DNA of 64,000 bases, taken from assembly GCF_004010195.1 (NCBI RefSeq), contig NC_057718.1, positions 72,204,071 through 72,268,070 on the forward strand, in the 5' to 3' direction. Source of the DNA: Chiloscyllium plagiosum (taxonomy: Eukaryota). How positions within the stretch are numbered: position 1 is the first letter of the stretch; every line of letters starts with the position of its first letter. Of the stretch, positions 1 through 13,695 are shown in pieces. The notes under the pieces were generated by a model, which worked only from the letters and a program-made list of their open reading frames with translations, did no database searches and was not told the origin of the DNA. The translations under genes and the position numbers were made by a program.

Positions 1-769
1 TGGCAAGTGTGTATAAGTTTCTCTCTCTCATGCTTGCTGTTGGATTAAACAGTGGTAAATCAGAAAAGAGGGGAAATCAGGATCATTCCTCGAAAATGCT
101 CACATTTAAACCAAGCAAATCAGTTGTGGTGGAAACCAATTACTTGATTGGAACATTTTTCTCAAGCTTAGAGTCATAGAGATGTACAGCATGGAAACAG
201 ACCCTTCGGTCCAACCCGTCCATGCCGACCAGATATCCCAACCCAATCTAGTCCCACCTGCCAGCACCTGGCCCATATCCCTCCAAACCCTTCCTATTCA
301 TATACTCATCCAAATGCCTTTTACATGTTGCAATTGTACCAGCTTCCACCACTTCCTCTGGCAGCTCGTTCCATACACGTGCCACCCTCTGAGTGAAAAG
401 GTTGCCCCATAGGTCTCTTTTATATCTTTCCCCTCTTACCCTAACCCTATGCCCTCTCATTCTGGGCTCCCCAACCCCAGGGAAAAGACCTTGTCTACTT
501 ATTGTTTTCCATGCCCCTCATAATTTTGTAAACCAATATAAGGTCACCCTCAGCCTCCGATGCTCCAGGGAAAACAGCCCCACCCAGTTCAGCCTCTCCC
601 TACAGCTCAAATTCTCCAACTCTGGCAACATCCTTGTAAATCTTTTCTGAACCCTTTCAAGTTTCACAACGTCTTTCCGATAGGAAGGAGACCAGAATTG
701 CACGCAATATTCCAACAGTGGCTTAACCAATGTCCTGTACAGCTGCAACATGACCTCCCAACTCCTGTA

Positions 770-924
770 GGAGAAAGTCAGGACTGCAGATGCTGGAGAT
801 CAGAGCTGAAAATGTGTTGCTGGAAAAGCGCAGCAGGTCAGGCAGGCTCATGCCCAAAATGTCGATTCTCCTGCTCCTTGGATGCTGCCTTACCTGCTGC
901 GCTTTTCCAGCAATACATTTTCAG
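770..924. mobile_element. Penelope-derived palindromic mini-insertion (hammerhead core mostly deleted)
   Basis: Inverted arms, flanked by TSD ctcccaactcctgta at 755-769 and 925-939, inside CR1 ORF2. Confidence 0.8.
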
Positions 925-2222
925 CTCCCAACTCCTGTACTCAATACTCTGACCAATAAAAGAAAGCATACCAAATGCCTTCTTCACTATCCTATCTACC
1001 TGCGACTCCACTTTCAAGGAGCTATGAACCTGCATTCCAAGGTCTCTTTGTTCAGCAGCATTCCCTAGGACCTTACCATTAAGTGTATAAGTCCTGCTAA
1101 GATTTGCTTTCCCAAAATGTAGCACCTCGCATTTATCTGAATTAAACTCCATCTGCCACGTCTCAGCCCATTGACCCATCTGATCAAGATCCTGTTTTAA
1201 TCTGAGGTACCCTTCTTCGCTGTCCACTACACCTTCAATTTTGGTGTCATCTGCAAACTTACTAACTGTACCTGTTATGCTTGCATCCAAATCATTTATG
1301 TAAATGATAAAAGTACCCAGCACCAATCCTTGTGGCACTCCACTGGTCACAGGCCTCCACTCTGAAAAACAACCCCCCACCGCCACCCTTTGTCCTCTAC
1401 CTTTGAGCCAGTTCTGTTTCCAAATGGCTAGTTCTCCCTATATTCCATGAAATCTAACCTTGCTAACCAGTCTCCCATGGGTAACCTTGTCGAACGCCTT
1501 ACTGATGTCCACATAGATCACACCTACCACTCTGCCCTCATCAATTCTCTTTGTTACTTCTTCAAAAAACTCAATCAAGTTTGTGAGACATGATTTCCCA
1601 TGCTCAAAGCCATGTTGACTATCCCTAATCAGTCCTTGCCTTTCCAAATACATGTACATCCTGTCCCTCAGGAATCCCTCCAACAACTTGCCCACTACCG
1701 ACGTCAGGTTCTCTGGCCTATAATTCCCTGGTTTGTCTTTACTGCCCTTCTTAAACAGTGGCATCACGTTAGCCAACCTCCAGTCTCCCGGCACCTCACC
1801 TGTGACTATCGATGATACAAATATCTCAGCAAGAGGCCCAGCAATCACTTCTCTAACTTCCCACAGAGTTCTAGGGTACACCTGATCAGGTCCAGGGGAT
1901 TTATCCATCTTGATGCGTTTCAAGACACCCAGCACTTCCTCCTCTGAATTATGGACATTTTGCAATGTGTCACCATCTATTTCCCTACATTCTATATCTT
2001 CCATATCCTTTTCCACAGTAAATACTAATGCAAAATATTTGTTTAGTATCTCCCCCATTTTCTGTGGCTCCACACAAAGGCCGCCTTGCTGATCTTTGAG
2101 GGGTCCTATTTTCCCCCTAGTTACCCTTTTGTCAAAGAAAAGAGAACAAAGAACAAAGAAAATTTACAGCCCAGGAACAGGCCCTTAGCCCCTCCAAACC
2201 TAAGCCAATCCAAAACTACTGT

Positions 2223-2353
2223 GTATGCACATAGATAGCAGTGAGTTGAGGGGTGCGTCGGTTAAGTTACTATATTTGACATTAGGATTATATCTTAGCA
2301 CAACATAATGAGCCAAAGGGCCTGTTCTGTGCTGTACTTTTCTATGTTCTATG
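2223..2353 (+). mobile_element. Short CR1 3' end inserted in the inner CR1 3'UTR
   Basis: Close match to the 3' end of the CR1 at about 48920-49050, ending tctatgttctatg. Confidence 0.75.
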
Positions 2354-4137
2354 TAAACCTGTTGGTCAATTCCTAGGCATCTGTATCCCTCTGCTCCCTA
2401 CCTACTCATGCATCTGTCCAGACGCATCTTAAATGAATCTACCATGTCTGCCTCTACCACCTCTGCTGGCAACGCATTCCAAATGCCCACCACGCTCTGT
2501 GTGAAGTACTTGCCGTATCCCCCTTAAACTTTCCATCTCTCACCTTGAAAGCGTGACCTCTCGTTATTGAATCCTTCACCCTGGGAAAAAGCTGGTCTCT
2601 ATCCACCTTGTTTATACCCTTCATGATTTTGTAAACCTCAATCAGGTCCCCCCTCAATCTCCTTTTTTCGAATGAAAATAAACCTAACCTACTCAACCTC
2701 TCTTCGTAGCTAGTACCTTCCATACCAAGAAACATCCTCATAAACCTTCTCTGCACCCTCTCCAAAGCATCCACATCCTTTTGTTAATGTGGCGACCAGA
2801 ACTGTACACAATATTCTAAATGCGGTCGAATCAATGTCTTGTACAATTTTAACATGACTTGCCAGCTCTTATACTCAATACCTTGTCCAATGAAAGCAAG
2901 CATACGGTATGCGTTCTTGACCACTCTATCCACCTTGTAGCAACCTTCAGGGCACAATGGACCTGCACTCCCAGATCGCTCTGCCCATCAACTTTTCCCA
3001 AGGCTCTTCTGTTCATTGTATAATTCGCTGTAGAATTAGACTTGCCTAAATGCATCACCTCACATTTGTCTGGATTGAAAACCGTCTGCCACGTTTCTGC
3101 CCAACTCTTCAGTCTATCTATATCCTTCTGTATTCTCTGACAGTCCCTTGTGCTTTCTGCTACTCCACCAATCTTTGTGTCATCTGCAAACTTGCTGATC
3201 ATACCAATAGTGCCCTTTTCCAGAGCATTTATGTATATTACAAACAATAGTGGCCCCAACACTGACCCCTGTGGAATACCACTGGTCACCTTTCTCCATT
3301 TCGAGAAACTCCCTTCAACTACCAGTTCTTTATCCACCTCGCTAGAACACCCTGCACACCATGTGACTTCACCTTCTCCATTAGTCTACAATGGGGAACC
3401 TTATCAAAAGCCTTACTAAAGTCCATGTATATGACACCAACAGCCCTTTCTTCATCTATCAACTTGGTCACTTCCTCAAAGAAGGTAAGTTGGTAAGGCA
3501 CAATCTCCCCCGCACTAAACCATGTTGCCTATCACTGATAAGCCCATTCTTTTCTAAATATAAATAGATCCTATCCCTCAATACCCTCTCCAGCAACTTC
3601 CCCACCACCGATGTCAGGCTCACTGGTCTGTAGTTTCCCAAAATATCCTTACTACCTTTCTTGTACAGGGGGACAACATGAGCAACCTTCCAGTCCTCTG
3701 GCACCTCACCTGTGTTTAAGGATGCGACAAAGATATCTGATATGGCCCCAGCTATTTCCTCTCTCACTTCCCTCAGCAAATAGATCCCATCTGGTCCTGG
3801 GGATTTATCCACCTTAATAACCTCTAGCTTACCCAACACATCTTCCCTACTTATACCAACGTGATCCAGAGTAATTAAACTTCTATCTCTAATCTTAAGA
3901 TTCATCATGTTCTTCTCCTCAGTGAACACAATGCCAAGTAATCATTCAGAATCTCACCCATTCTCTCAGGTTTGACACATAGCCTTCCTTCATTATCCTT
4001 TAGTGGACCAATCCTTTCTCTAGTTACCTGCTTGCTTCTTCTATAAGAATAGAATGCTTTGGGGATTCTCCTTAATTCTGCTTGCTAAAGCTATTTCATG
4101 ACCCCTTTTAGCCTGCTTGATTCCTCGTTTAAGACTT

Positions 4138-4510
4138 AAGCGGGGTGGCACATTGGTAGGGGCGGCACGGTGGCAGTGGTGAGGGGTGGCAAGGTGGCAA
4201 AATGGTCAGCACTGCTGCCTCACAGCGCCAGAGACCCAGGTTCAATTCCTGCCTCAGGCGACTGACTGTGGGGAGTTTGCACATTCTCCCCGTGTCTGCG
4301 TGGGTTTCCTCCGGGTGCTTCGGTTTCCTCCCACAGTCCAAAAAATGTGCAGTTAGGTGATTTGGCCATGCTAAATTGCCCATAGTGTTAGGTGAAGGGG
4401 TAAATGTAAGGGAATGGGTCTGGATGGGTTGCGCTTCGGCGAGTCGGTGTGGACTTGTTGGGCTGAACGGCCTGTTTCCACACTGTAAGTAATCTAATCT
4501 AACACTTAGA
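4138..4510 (+). mobile_element. HE1-type tRNA-derived V-SINE
   Basis: Box B ggttcaattcc, V-domain gtgtctgcgtgggtttcctccgggtgct, CR1-like 3' end, (taatc)n tail. TSD aagactt at 4131-4137 and 4511-4517. Confidence 0.9.
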
Positions 4511-7467
4511 AAGACTTGTCCTACTCTCCTGATATTCTGTTCTTAGCTGCCTAGACCTTACATACGCCTCCCTTTTCCTCTTGGCTAGTCGTACAATTTC
4601 TTCTGTCATCCACGGTTCACGAATCTTGCCCTTCCTATGCTTTGCCTTCAACGGGACATGCCTATCCTGTACTATCTTTAACGTGTCTTTGAAAGCCTCC
4701 CACATCTCAAATGTGGACTTCCCTTCAAATAGCTGTGTGCAATCCACATTTCCGAGCTCCTGCCTAATTTTGATATAATTGGCCTTGGCCCAGTTTAGTA
4801 CTCTTCCCTTAGGACCACTCTCTTCTTTATCTACAAGTATTTTAAAACTTACAGAATTGTGGTCATTGTTCTCAAAGAAATCCCCCACTGCAACTTCTAC
4901 CACCTGTCCTGGCTCATTCCCCAGTACCAGGTCCAATATGGCCCATTCCATCGTTGGACTATTGACATACTGCTCCAGAAAACTCTCCTGGACGCTTCTT
5001 ACAAATTCTACCCCATCCAGACCTCTGATGCTAAGTGTATCCCAGTCAATGTTGGGAAAATTAAAATCTCCCATCACCACTACCCTATTGCCACTACATC
5101 TTTCCATAATCTGTTTACCTATTTGTTCTTCTACCTCACGGTCGCTGTTGGGAGGCTTGTAATACAGCCCCAAGAATGTAACTGCACCCTTCTTATTTCT
5201 CAGCTCCACCCATAATGCCTCACTACCAAGGAGTGTCCTCCTTCAGCACAGCCCTGACCAGTAATGCAATTCCACCCCCCTTTTACTTCCCTCCCTGTCC
5301 TGTCTGAAGCATCTATATCCTGGAACATTTAGTTGCCAATCATCATGCCCTTCCTTCAACCAAGTCTCTGTGATTGCAATAACGTCATACCCCCAGGCAC
5401 CAATCCAAGCCCTAAGTTAATCTATCTTACACGCTATACTCCTTGCATTAAAGTAGATGCATTTCAGGCTACCAATTTTTTTGCGCTCATCTGCTCTCTG
5501 CCTACTCTTCCCTTTATTAATGCTATCTTCATAATTCTCCAGTCTCTAGTCTCCACCTTGCTGCCTACTTGTTTTCTCTTCTGGTTCCCAGTCCCCTGCC
5601 ACATTAGTTTAAAATGTCCCCAACTGCAGTAGCAAAAACTCCCCCAAGGACATAGGTTTCGGTCTGGTTCAGATGTAGACCATCCATTTTCTAATAGTCC
5701 CACCTTCCCCAGAACCGGTCCCAATATCCAACAAATCTGAACCCCTCCCTCCTACACCATCTCTCAAGCCACGTGTTCATCCTACCTATTTTTTCATTTC
5801 TATGCTGGCTAGCATGTGGCACTGGTAGTAATCCCGAGATCACTACCTTTTGAAGTCCTCCTCTTTAACTTCTCTCCTAGCTCCCTGAATTCTTCTTTCA
5901 GAACCTCATCTCATTTTTTACTTATATCATTGGTGCCTATATGCACCAAGACAACTGGCTGTTCACCCTCCCCTTTTAGAATGCTCTGCAGCCGATCAGT
6001 GACATCCCTGACCCAAGCACCTGGGAGGCAACATACCATCCGGGAGTCCTGTTTTCGGCCACAGAACCACCTATCTACTCCCCTCACAATAGAACCCCCT
6101 ATGACTATAGCCCTATGAGTCTTTTTCCCGCCCTTCTGAATAGCAGTGCCGGCCATGGTGCTATGATCTTGACAGCTGCTGCCCTCTCCTGGTGAGCCAT
6201 CTCCCCCAACAATATCCAAAACGGTATACCTGTTTTGGAGGGAGATGACCGCAGGGGACACCTGCACTGCCTTCCTGCTCTTTTTTCTGTCTTTTGGTCA
6301 CCGATTCACTGTCTCCCTCAGCAATTCTAACCTGTGGTGTGACCAGTTCACTAAACGTGCTATCCACAACCTCCCCAGCATCACGGAAGCTCCACAGTGA
6401 ATCCGTCTGCAGCTCCAGAGCCGTCATGCGGTCAAACAAGAACCGCAGCTGGACACACTTCTTGCAAGTGTAAGAGTCATGAATTTCAGACACGTTGCTA
6501 ACTCCCACATCAAGCAAGAGGCACATGCCACAGGTCTGAGGTCCCCTGCCATTGTAAGCTTAGCTTTATGTGAACTAACTAAAACCAAACAATGCACTTA
6601 AATATATGAAAAAGAAAGATAAGAAAGAAATAAAAGCCTTACCTTACAGAGTCTTTTTCTTCCGGTTAGAGGAGAGGGTCCGGAGGGAGATACTACATGT
6701 GCAGTATCTTGGGTTTAGCCACTATCCAAATATAAATTAAGCCTTTACCTTCCCGGCAGCCCTCGCTTCACCTCACCTTCTCTCCTCGCTGCTCTGGCAA
6801 ATTGTCCTTAATGTATTTGTAAAAACTCTTTGGATTCTCCTTCATTCTATTTGCCAAAGCTATCTCATGTCCCCTTTTTTGCCATCCTGATTTCCCTCTT
6901 AACTATATTCCTACTTCCTTTATACGCCTCTAAGGATTCACTCAATCTACCCTGTCTATACCTTACATATGCTTCCTTCTTTTTCTCAACCAAAGAGTCA
7001 TCCAGCATTCCCTGCACCTATGAGCCTTTCCTTTCACCCTAACAGGAACATACTTCCTCTGGATTCTCGTTATCTCATTTCCCATTTTCCAGCCATCCAT
7101 TTACGTGCGAACATCTGCCCCCAATTAGCTTTTGAAAGTTCTTGCCTTATACCATTAAAATTGGCCTTTCTTCAATTTAGAATTTCAACTTTTAGATCTT
7201 GTCTATCCTTTTCTATCACTATTTTAAATCTAATAGAATTATGATCGCTGGCCCCAAAGTGTTCCCCCACTGGCACCTCAGTCACCTGCCCTACCTTATT
7301 TCCCAAGAGTAGTTCAAGTTTTGCACTTTCTCTAGTGGGTACATCCACATACTGCATCAGAAGATTTTCTAGTACACACTGAACAAATTCCTCTCCATCT
7401 AAACCATTAACACTATGGCAGTTCCAGTCTGTGTTTGTAAAGTTAAAATCCCCTACCATAACCGTTT

Positions 7468-7770
7468 AGGGCGACACGGTGGCTCAGTGGTTAGCACTGT
7501 TGTCCCACAGCACCAGGGTTCCTGGTTCGATTCCAGCCTCAGGTGACTGTCTGTGTGGAGTTTGCATATTCTCCCCGTGTCTGTGTAGGTTTCCTCCCAT
7601 AGTCCAAAGATGTGCAGGTCAGGTGAATTGGCCATGCTAAATTGCCCATAGTGTTAGGTACATTACTCAGAGAGAAATGGGTCTCTGGGTGGGCTATTCT
7701 TTGGAGCGTTGGTGTGGACTTGTTGGCCTGAAGGGCCTGTTTCCACACTGTAGGGAATCTAATCTAAAAA
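7468..7770 (+). mobile_element. HE1-type SINE
   Basis: Box A tggctcagtgg, box B ggttcgattcc, V-domain and tail. Short TSD ataacc. Confidence 0.88.
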
Positions 7771-10225
7771 ATATAACCACCGTATTATTCTTACAGATAG
7801 CTGAGGTCTCCTTACAAGTTTGTTTCTCAATTTCCCACTGACTATTAGGGGGTCTATAATACAATCCCAATAAAGTGATCATCCCTTTCTTATTTCTCAG
7901 TTCCACCCAAATAACTTGCCTGGATGTATCCCAGGAATATTCTCCCTCAGCACAGCTGTAATACTATGCCTTATCAAAAATGCCACTCCTTCTCCTCTCT
8001 TGCCTCCCTTTCTATCCTTCCTGTAGCATTTGTATCCTGGATCATTAGGCTGCCCATCCCTGAGCCATGTTTCTGTAATTGCTATGATATCCCAGTCCCA
8101 CATTCCTAACCATGCCCTGAGTTCATCTGCCTTCCCTGTTAGGCCCCTTGCATTGAAATAAATGCAGTACCTTGTCCCTGCCTGCCCTGACTGTTTCACT
8201 CGCTTCTGTTCTCAGCTGTATCAGTTTCAGATTGATCTCTTTCCTCACTATCCTTCCTAGGTCCCAACCCCACCCACCTTACTAGTTTAAATCCTCCTGA
8301 GCAGCTTGAGCAAATCTCTCTGCCAGTATATTAGTCCCCTTCCAATTCACGTGCAATCTGTCCTTCTTGTACAGATCCTTCTCCCATACACCAGCTCCTC
8401 AGTCATGCATTCATCTTCTCTATCCTCCTATTCCTGTCCCCACTAGCTCATAGCACCGGGAGTAATCCAGATATTACTACTCTCGAGGACCTCCTTTTTA
8501 AATCCCTGCCAAACTCTCTGTAATCTCCCTTCAGAATCTCAACCTTTTCCCTTCCTATGTTGTTGGTTGCAATGTGGACAATGACCTCTTGCTGGCCCTT
8601 CTCCCCCTTGAGAACATTCTGCACCCTCTCTGAGATATCCTTGATCCTGGCACCAGGGAAGCAACACACCATTCTGATTTTTCACTGCTGGCCACAGAAA
8701 CGTCTGTCTGTACCTTGGACTGTAGATTCCCTAACACAATTGATCTCTCGGACCCTGAAAATCTACAGACCCTGAAAATAACACCATCTTATTCCTCTAC
8801 AAAATACTGCCCCAGGTTAGATTAATAGTTATGGTTTATATTTTAAGCTTAATCAAGGGACATATCTCAAAAAACATATAATCAAGCAAGAACCCACTCT
8901 ACTCACTACTGCAGACTTACTGTAAGCCACTTAAAACAATTAACTTATCTGATTCTGTGCTGTGAACTTCGCCCAAACAGTTCCTCCAAGATCAGTTGTG
9001 AATTTCACTTTTTGTTAATTTTCCCAGCCGCACTCCGATGTCCAGCAATACATGAATTCATACAGCGAAGGCCGTGACTGTGCAGGTAACCTGTGGTGTC
9101 AGCATTTCTCTCTCTCTCTCACTCTCCTGCACTGACTTCACCATGTGCTTCCTTTGCCTGTTCTTCTCCCTTTTAAAACTGCTTTTGGTTTGACTTTTTT
9201 TTCTCAATATTCCAAAACAATGCAACAATTATAAAACAGTAATTGCTTCTGATGGAATTCGAGGAAATCACCTCCAGCACCTAAAATACCTCAAAAAAGG
9301 AGCATTTGTTACAGCCAGAAATTTTTCCCGTTCTCCAACGTGCCTGTTTAGTCTCAGTGTCTATGTGTGAAACCTCTTTCTCACTGTCACAAACAAAAGC
9401 ACAAATAGCTGGAAAAAACTCGGTAGTAGGGAAAAGCTGTTCCTTCAAATGAAAGTAAAAATGAATGAGGGGGCATAGATTTATATTGATATACAAATGA
9501 TGCAAGAATGATGTGAGAAAACATTTTTTCAAACAGCAGTTAATTAGGATATGGAACGCTGGTGGAGGCACAATTGACACATTCAAGACAGCATTGTGTG
9601 ATTATTTGGGTAGAAGTAGTATACAGGGACATGAGGAAAAAGTAGGAGATTGACACTTGGTAATTGAACCTGTGTAAACATGATGGGGCTGAATAGCCTC
9701 CTCCTGTTCCGTAATCTGTGAACTTGACAGCCTTCAGCTCCATCAGTTTGCTCAGGACTGCTTCCCTGGTGATCGTAACTTTACCAAGTTCCTCTCTTCC
9801 TTAGGTTATGATTCCAGCTGGTATTATTATTGAACAAGTCAGAACCCAGTCAGGAGCATTGCGCATAGATCATATTCCTTTGTTGTGATTTTAACAGATG
9901 GGGTCTCTCACTGAAATATAAGCATACAATGCTGCAGATTTTGCTTTAATAAAATATATAACAAATGTAAATTTTAGAAATACAAGTAGAAGTATAATCC
10001 AATTAATCCTAACATATTATTTTATAAATTGAAAAGACACAAAATAACTGCTGTATATCACTAAAACATACCCCTGCTAAGGGTTCCAAACATGTACCTA
10101 GATTTAAGTCACGCACGACTTCAATTTTTCTGGAATAAGCAATAGCTTCTTTCTGGAGTTCCTAGATACCTGAGTTTGACTGTACTCATTTTAAGTAACC
10201 TCATCAGAGTTTTTATCCTAACATT

Positions 10226-10523
10226 TTGACGTATTAGGCAAGAACTTTCGAAAGCAGATTGGTGGCAGATGTTCGCAGGTAAATGGACAGCTGGAAAATG
10301 GGAAGCCTTCAGAAATGAGATAACGAGAATCCAGAGAAAGTATATTCTTGTTAGAGTGAAAGGAAAGGCTGGTAGGTCTAGGGAATGCTGGATGACTAAA
10401 GAAATTGAGGGTTTGGTTAAGAAAAAGAAGGAAGCATATGTAAGGTTGTACAGGATAGATCGAGTGAATCCTTAGAAGAGTATAAAGGAAGTAGGAGGGA
10501 AATCAGGAGGGCAAAAAGGGGAC
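10226..10523 (+). mobile_element. CR1 ORF2 fragment
   Basis: ORF 10269-10475 (KWEAFRNEI...WMTKEIEGLVKKKKEAY). Runs into the gap. Confidence 0.8.
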
Positions 10524-11023
10524 NNNNNNNNNNNNNNNNNNNNNNNNNNNNNNNNNNNNNNNNNNNNNNNNNNNNNNNNNNNNNNNNNNNNNNNNNNNNN
10601 NNNNNNNNNNNNNNNNNNNNNNNNNNNNNNNNNNNNNNNNNNNNNNNNNNNNNNNNNNNNNNNNNNNNNNNNNNNNNNNNNNNNNNNNNNNNNNNNNNNN
10701 NNNNNNNNNNNNNNNNNNNNNNNNNNNNNNNNNNNNNNNNNNNNNNNNNNNNNNNNNNNNNNNNNNNNNNNNNNNNNNNNNNNNNNNNNNNNNNNNNNNN
10801 NNNNNNNNNNNNNNNNNNNNNNNNNNNNNNNNNNNNNNNNNNNNNNNNNNNNNNNNNNNNNNNNNNNNNNNNNNNNNNNNNNNNNNNNNNNNNNNNNNNN
10901 NNNNNNNNNNNNNNNNNNNNNNNNNNNNNNNNNNNNNNNNNNNNNNNNNNNNNNNNNNNNNNNNNNNNNNNNNNNNNNNNNNNNNNNNNNNNNNNNNNNN
11001 NNNNNNNNNNNNNNNNNNNNNNN
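10524..11023. other. Assembly gap (500 N)
   Basis: Run of n. The round length suggests a placeholder of unknown true size. Confidence 0.99.
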
Positions 11024-11655
11024 CAGCTTCTAACTCCAGTGAAAATGGCACCAACCTAGTCAGCCTCTCCCTCTAGCTCAAACTCTCCAGCCCAGGCAAC
11101 CTTCTTGCAAATCTTTTCTGAACCCTTTCAAGTTTCACAACATCTTTCCTCAAGCAAGACTATAGGAACACAGCATTCCAAAAGTAACCTAACCAATCTC
11201 CCATACAGCTCAACATGACCTCGCAACTCCGATACTCAATGCATCGACCAATAAAGGCAAGTGTACCAAATGCCTTTATCACTATCCTGTCTACCTGCAA
11301 GTCTACTTTCAAGGAACTATAACCTGCACTCAAAGGTCTCTTTGTTTGGCAAAGTTGGAGTGTTGTTTGGCAACACTCCCCAGTGCCCTGATTTGCCCCA
11401 CTAAAATGTAGTATCTCACATTTATTTAGATTAAACTCCATCTGCCAATTAGATCAAGGACCTGCTGTATTGAGGCAACCTTCAATATTGTCCACCATAC
11501 TACCAAATTTGGTGTCATCTGTAAATTTATAAACCAGGCCTCCTATATTCACATCCAAAATTGTTTATATAAATGAAAAAAAGTGGACCCAGCATTGATC
11601 ACTGCAGCGCTTCACTGGTCACTGACCTCCAGTCCAAAAAGCAACCCTTCACTCT
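11024..11655 (-). mobile_element. Decayed CR1 RT fragment
   Basis: ORF 11160-11441 (MEFNLNKCEILHF...QVDRIVIKAFGTLAFI). Confidence 0.8.
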
Positions 11656-11964
11656 TAAATGAAAAGGTATAAACAGAAAAAACCAAGACACCCCAAAATT
11701 GCCCCCACCAGAATTTCCCCCGACTGGGACAGAATAAAAACGCACTCTGCTCTTTCAAAAACAAAAAATAAATCTGCCTTGACTGTTGAACAAAATAAAG
11801 ACCCTATTACTCTGGGAGCAGAGGAAAGAGAAATAAATACAAAATAGCTCTCCTCTGACTGACCTCACCAACTTTATTTTGGGCAGGGACAAAGGGCCAA
11901 AGTAAAAATAAACTCAAGCAAAATCAAAGAAAACAAATAAACAACTAAATAAATAAATCCCCTC

Positions 11965-12277
11965 TGCGGCACGGTGGCACAGTGGTTAGCACTGCTGCCT
12001 CACAGCGCCAGAGACCTGGGTTCAATTCCCGCCTCAGGCGACTGACTGTGTGGAGTTTGCACGTTCTCCCCGTGTCTGCGTGGGTTTCCTCCGGGTGCTC
12101 CGGTTTCCTCCCACAGTCCAAAGATGTGCAGGTCAGGTGAATTGGCCATACTAAATTGCCCGTAGAGTTAGGTAAGGGGTAAATGTAGAGGTATGGGTGG
12201 GTTTCGCTTCGGCGGGTCGGTGTGGACTTGTTGGGCCGAAGGGCCTGTTTCCACACTGTAATCTAATCTAATCTAAT
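11965..12277 (+). mobile_element. HE1-type SINE (young copy)
   Basis: Intact box A tggcacagtgg and box B ggttcaattcc, V-domain, (taatc)n tail. Confidence 0.92.
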
Positions 12278-13695
12278 CATATAATTCTGCTCCATTTCCA
12301 TCAAATACTCCTGGGACATGGACAAAAATGGTTTACGATCCAGAGCAAGTTCCCCTGCTCATTTCAACTAAAGATAAAATTGCCTTCACACCACTCCAAC
12401 AAGCACATCTGAGACAGGGGCAGTACAGGGCTAAAGTAGAAGCCCCCCACCCTGGCTCTTCCAAGGGATACTAATCAGAACAAAGAAAATAAGGCAGACT
12501 TCTTCCTGGGTCAAAAAGACAAAATGGAAATTTACACTAGAGACAATTAACTAAATCAGAACATCATTTTCCAGCTGAAAATGCAGGTCAGTTCCTGCAA
12601 TACTGAGTGATCACAAAAGGTCTGGACCATGCCAATGAGCACTGAGTGCTCCCTCTCCAGGGACATTGGACCATGGATGTAACTGCAAAAAAAAGGGAGA
12701 GACAGCATGAAACAATGAGTCCACTTTGGCCCTCTGCCTGGACCCGTTAATCATCATCTTGACATGAGAAGGTTTGTAAATTTGTCCACTCCTCCCTGCG
12801 CTGCAGGCCTGTTGATCAGGCGTGTGGAGCTGAAATGCAACCAAAGCGTTTAACAGCAGCCAATTCAAAAAACAACTAAAAAAAGGGTTTGCAGACAAAT
12901 GCACTTCACACAAAGTAGAAGACAGTCTCCTCCAGGCCACAAACCTTCCTGGATGGCAGTTCAGAAATCTCCTTCATTCCCAAGATATATCTAGGAAAAG
13001 ATCCCCAGCAAGGACGGAGGTCCCCAACATCAGAAAGACGAGAGAGGCAGCAAGGAGGCTTGCTCCTTCAACACTGCCATCCAGGGTGCTTCTGGGTAAC
13101 TGTCACCAGTCTAGTCCACAACCAGCGCAGGCAGCATCTAAAGGCATTCCAGTGTTTGTGGCATGAGCAAGACCTCAGTGAACACATCCACCTCAGCCAC
13201 TGAGGTGCCTGCTCCAGTTGTGGTGGACTGCAGGGATGAGTATGTTTTTAGTTTGGTGACCCAGGAAGAAGTCTGCCATCAGGGAGGGAGAGGGGTTTCC
13301 TGGGGATGCTACTCCCTCATCCCTGGTATGTAGGACAGACCAGGGGATATTGGGGCACCACATGCTCACTCACACAGGCCACAGGCTGAGCTCCAAATCC
13401 CGTGCCTTCCTGACAGACCTGGGACTGTTTTACTTTGCGAGAGATCCCTCACCAGGCTGGGGTCCAGTGGCCTCAGGGTCACCCGGGAATCCTCCAGGGA
13501 GGCCAACCCTAAATGCTTAGTCGTCTTCCCTGGCTTTCCTCCCCTGCAGACACTCTCTTCTACCCCACTGGTGTCTGAAAGCGAGGTAGTTCCCTCCTGT
13601 GGGGGGGAGGAGGTGGGTTGCGAGGGAGGTGATGATGCAAGCCACAGCTGTTCTGGTGTTGGCAGCAACCTTAGAAGCAATTCCTCCAGAGGTAT

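Larger units (their letters stand above)
2134..6801 (-). mobile_element. Full-length CR1 LINE nested in the outer CR1, with zinc-finger and SGNH esterase ORF1 and frameshifted APE-RT ORF2
   Basis: TSD ttgtc at 2129-2133 and 6802-6806. 3' tail (GTTCTTT)n. ORFs 2454-5209 are RT/APE, 5911-6267 is SGNH-like (IVIGGSIVR, VHIGTND), and 6161-6526 carries CKKC. Confidence 0.9.
168..9340 (-). mobile_element. Near full-length decayed CR1 (HER1-like) LINE, split by nested insertions
   Basis: RT motifs (GVPQGLVLG, SKFADDTK, PGNYRP) at 838-2073, APE endonuclease pieces (VGDFN, TETWL) at 7172-8199, SGNH-type ORF1 (VCCFPGARIKD...VHIATNNI) at 8448-8672. The sequence resumes at 6802 exactly where it stopped at 2133. 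Confidence 0.88.

Noticed and set aside
5911..6526. Esterase-like and zinc-finger-like ORFs as captured host genes
   Set aside because: Established domains of CR1 ORF1.
10503..11054. 183-aa ORF
   Set aside because: Artefact of translating through the N gap.
11965..12040. tRNA-like sequence with boxes A and B
   Set aside because: It is the tRNA-derived head of the HE1 SINE, repeated about 12 times here, not a tRNA gene.
11945..12256. Recurrent ORF MWKQALRPNKSTPT...LTCTSLDCGRKPEHPEETHADTGR (also 21965, 33565, 53978, 56040)
   Set aside because: Antisense translation of SINE copies, not a protein family.
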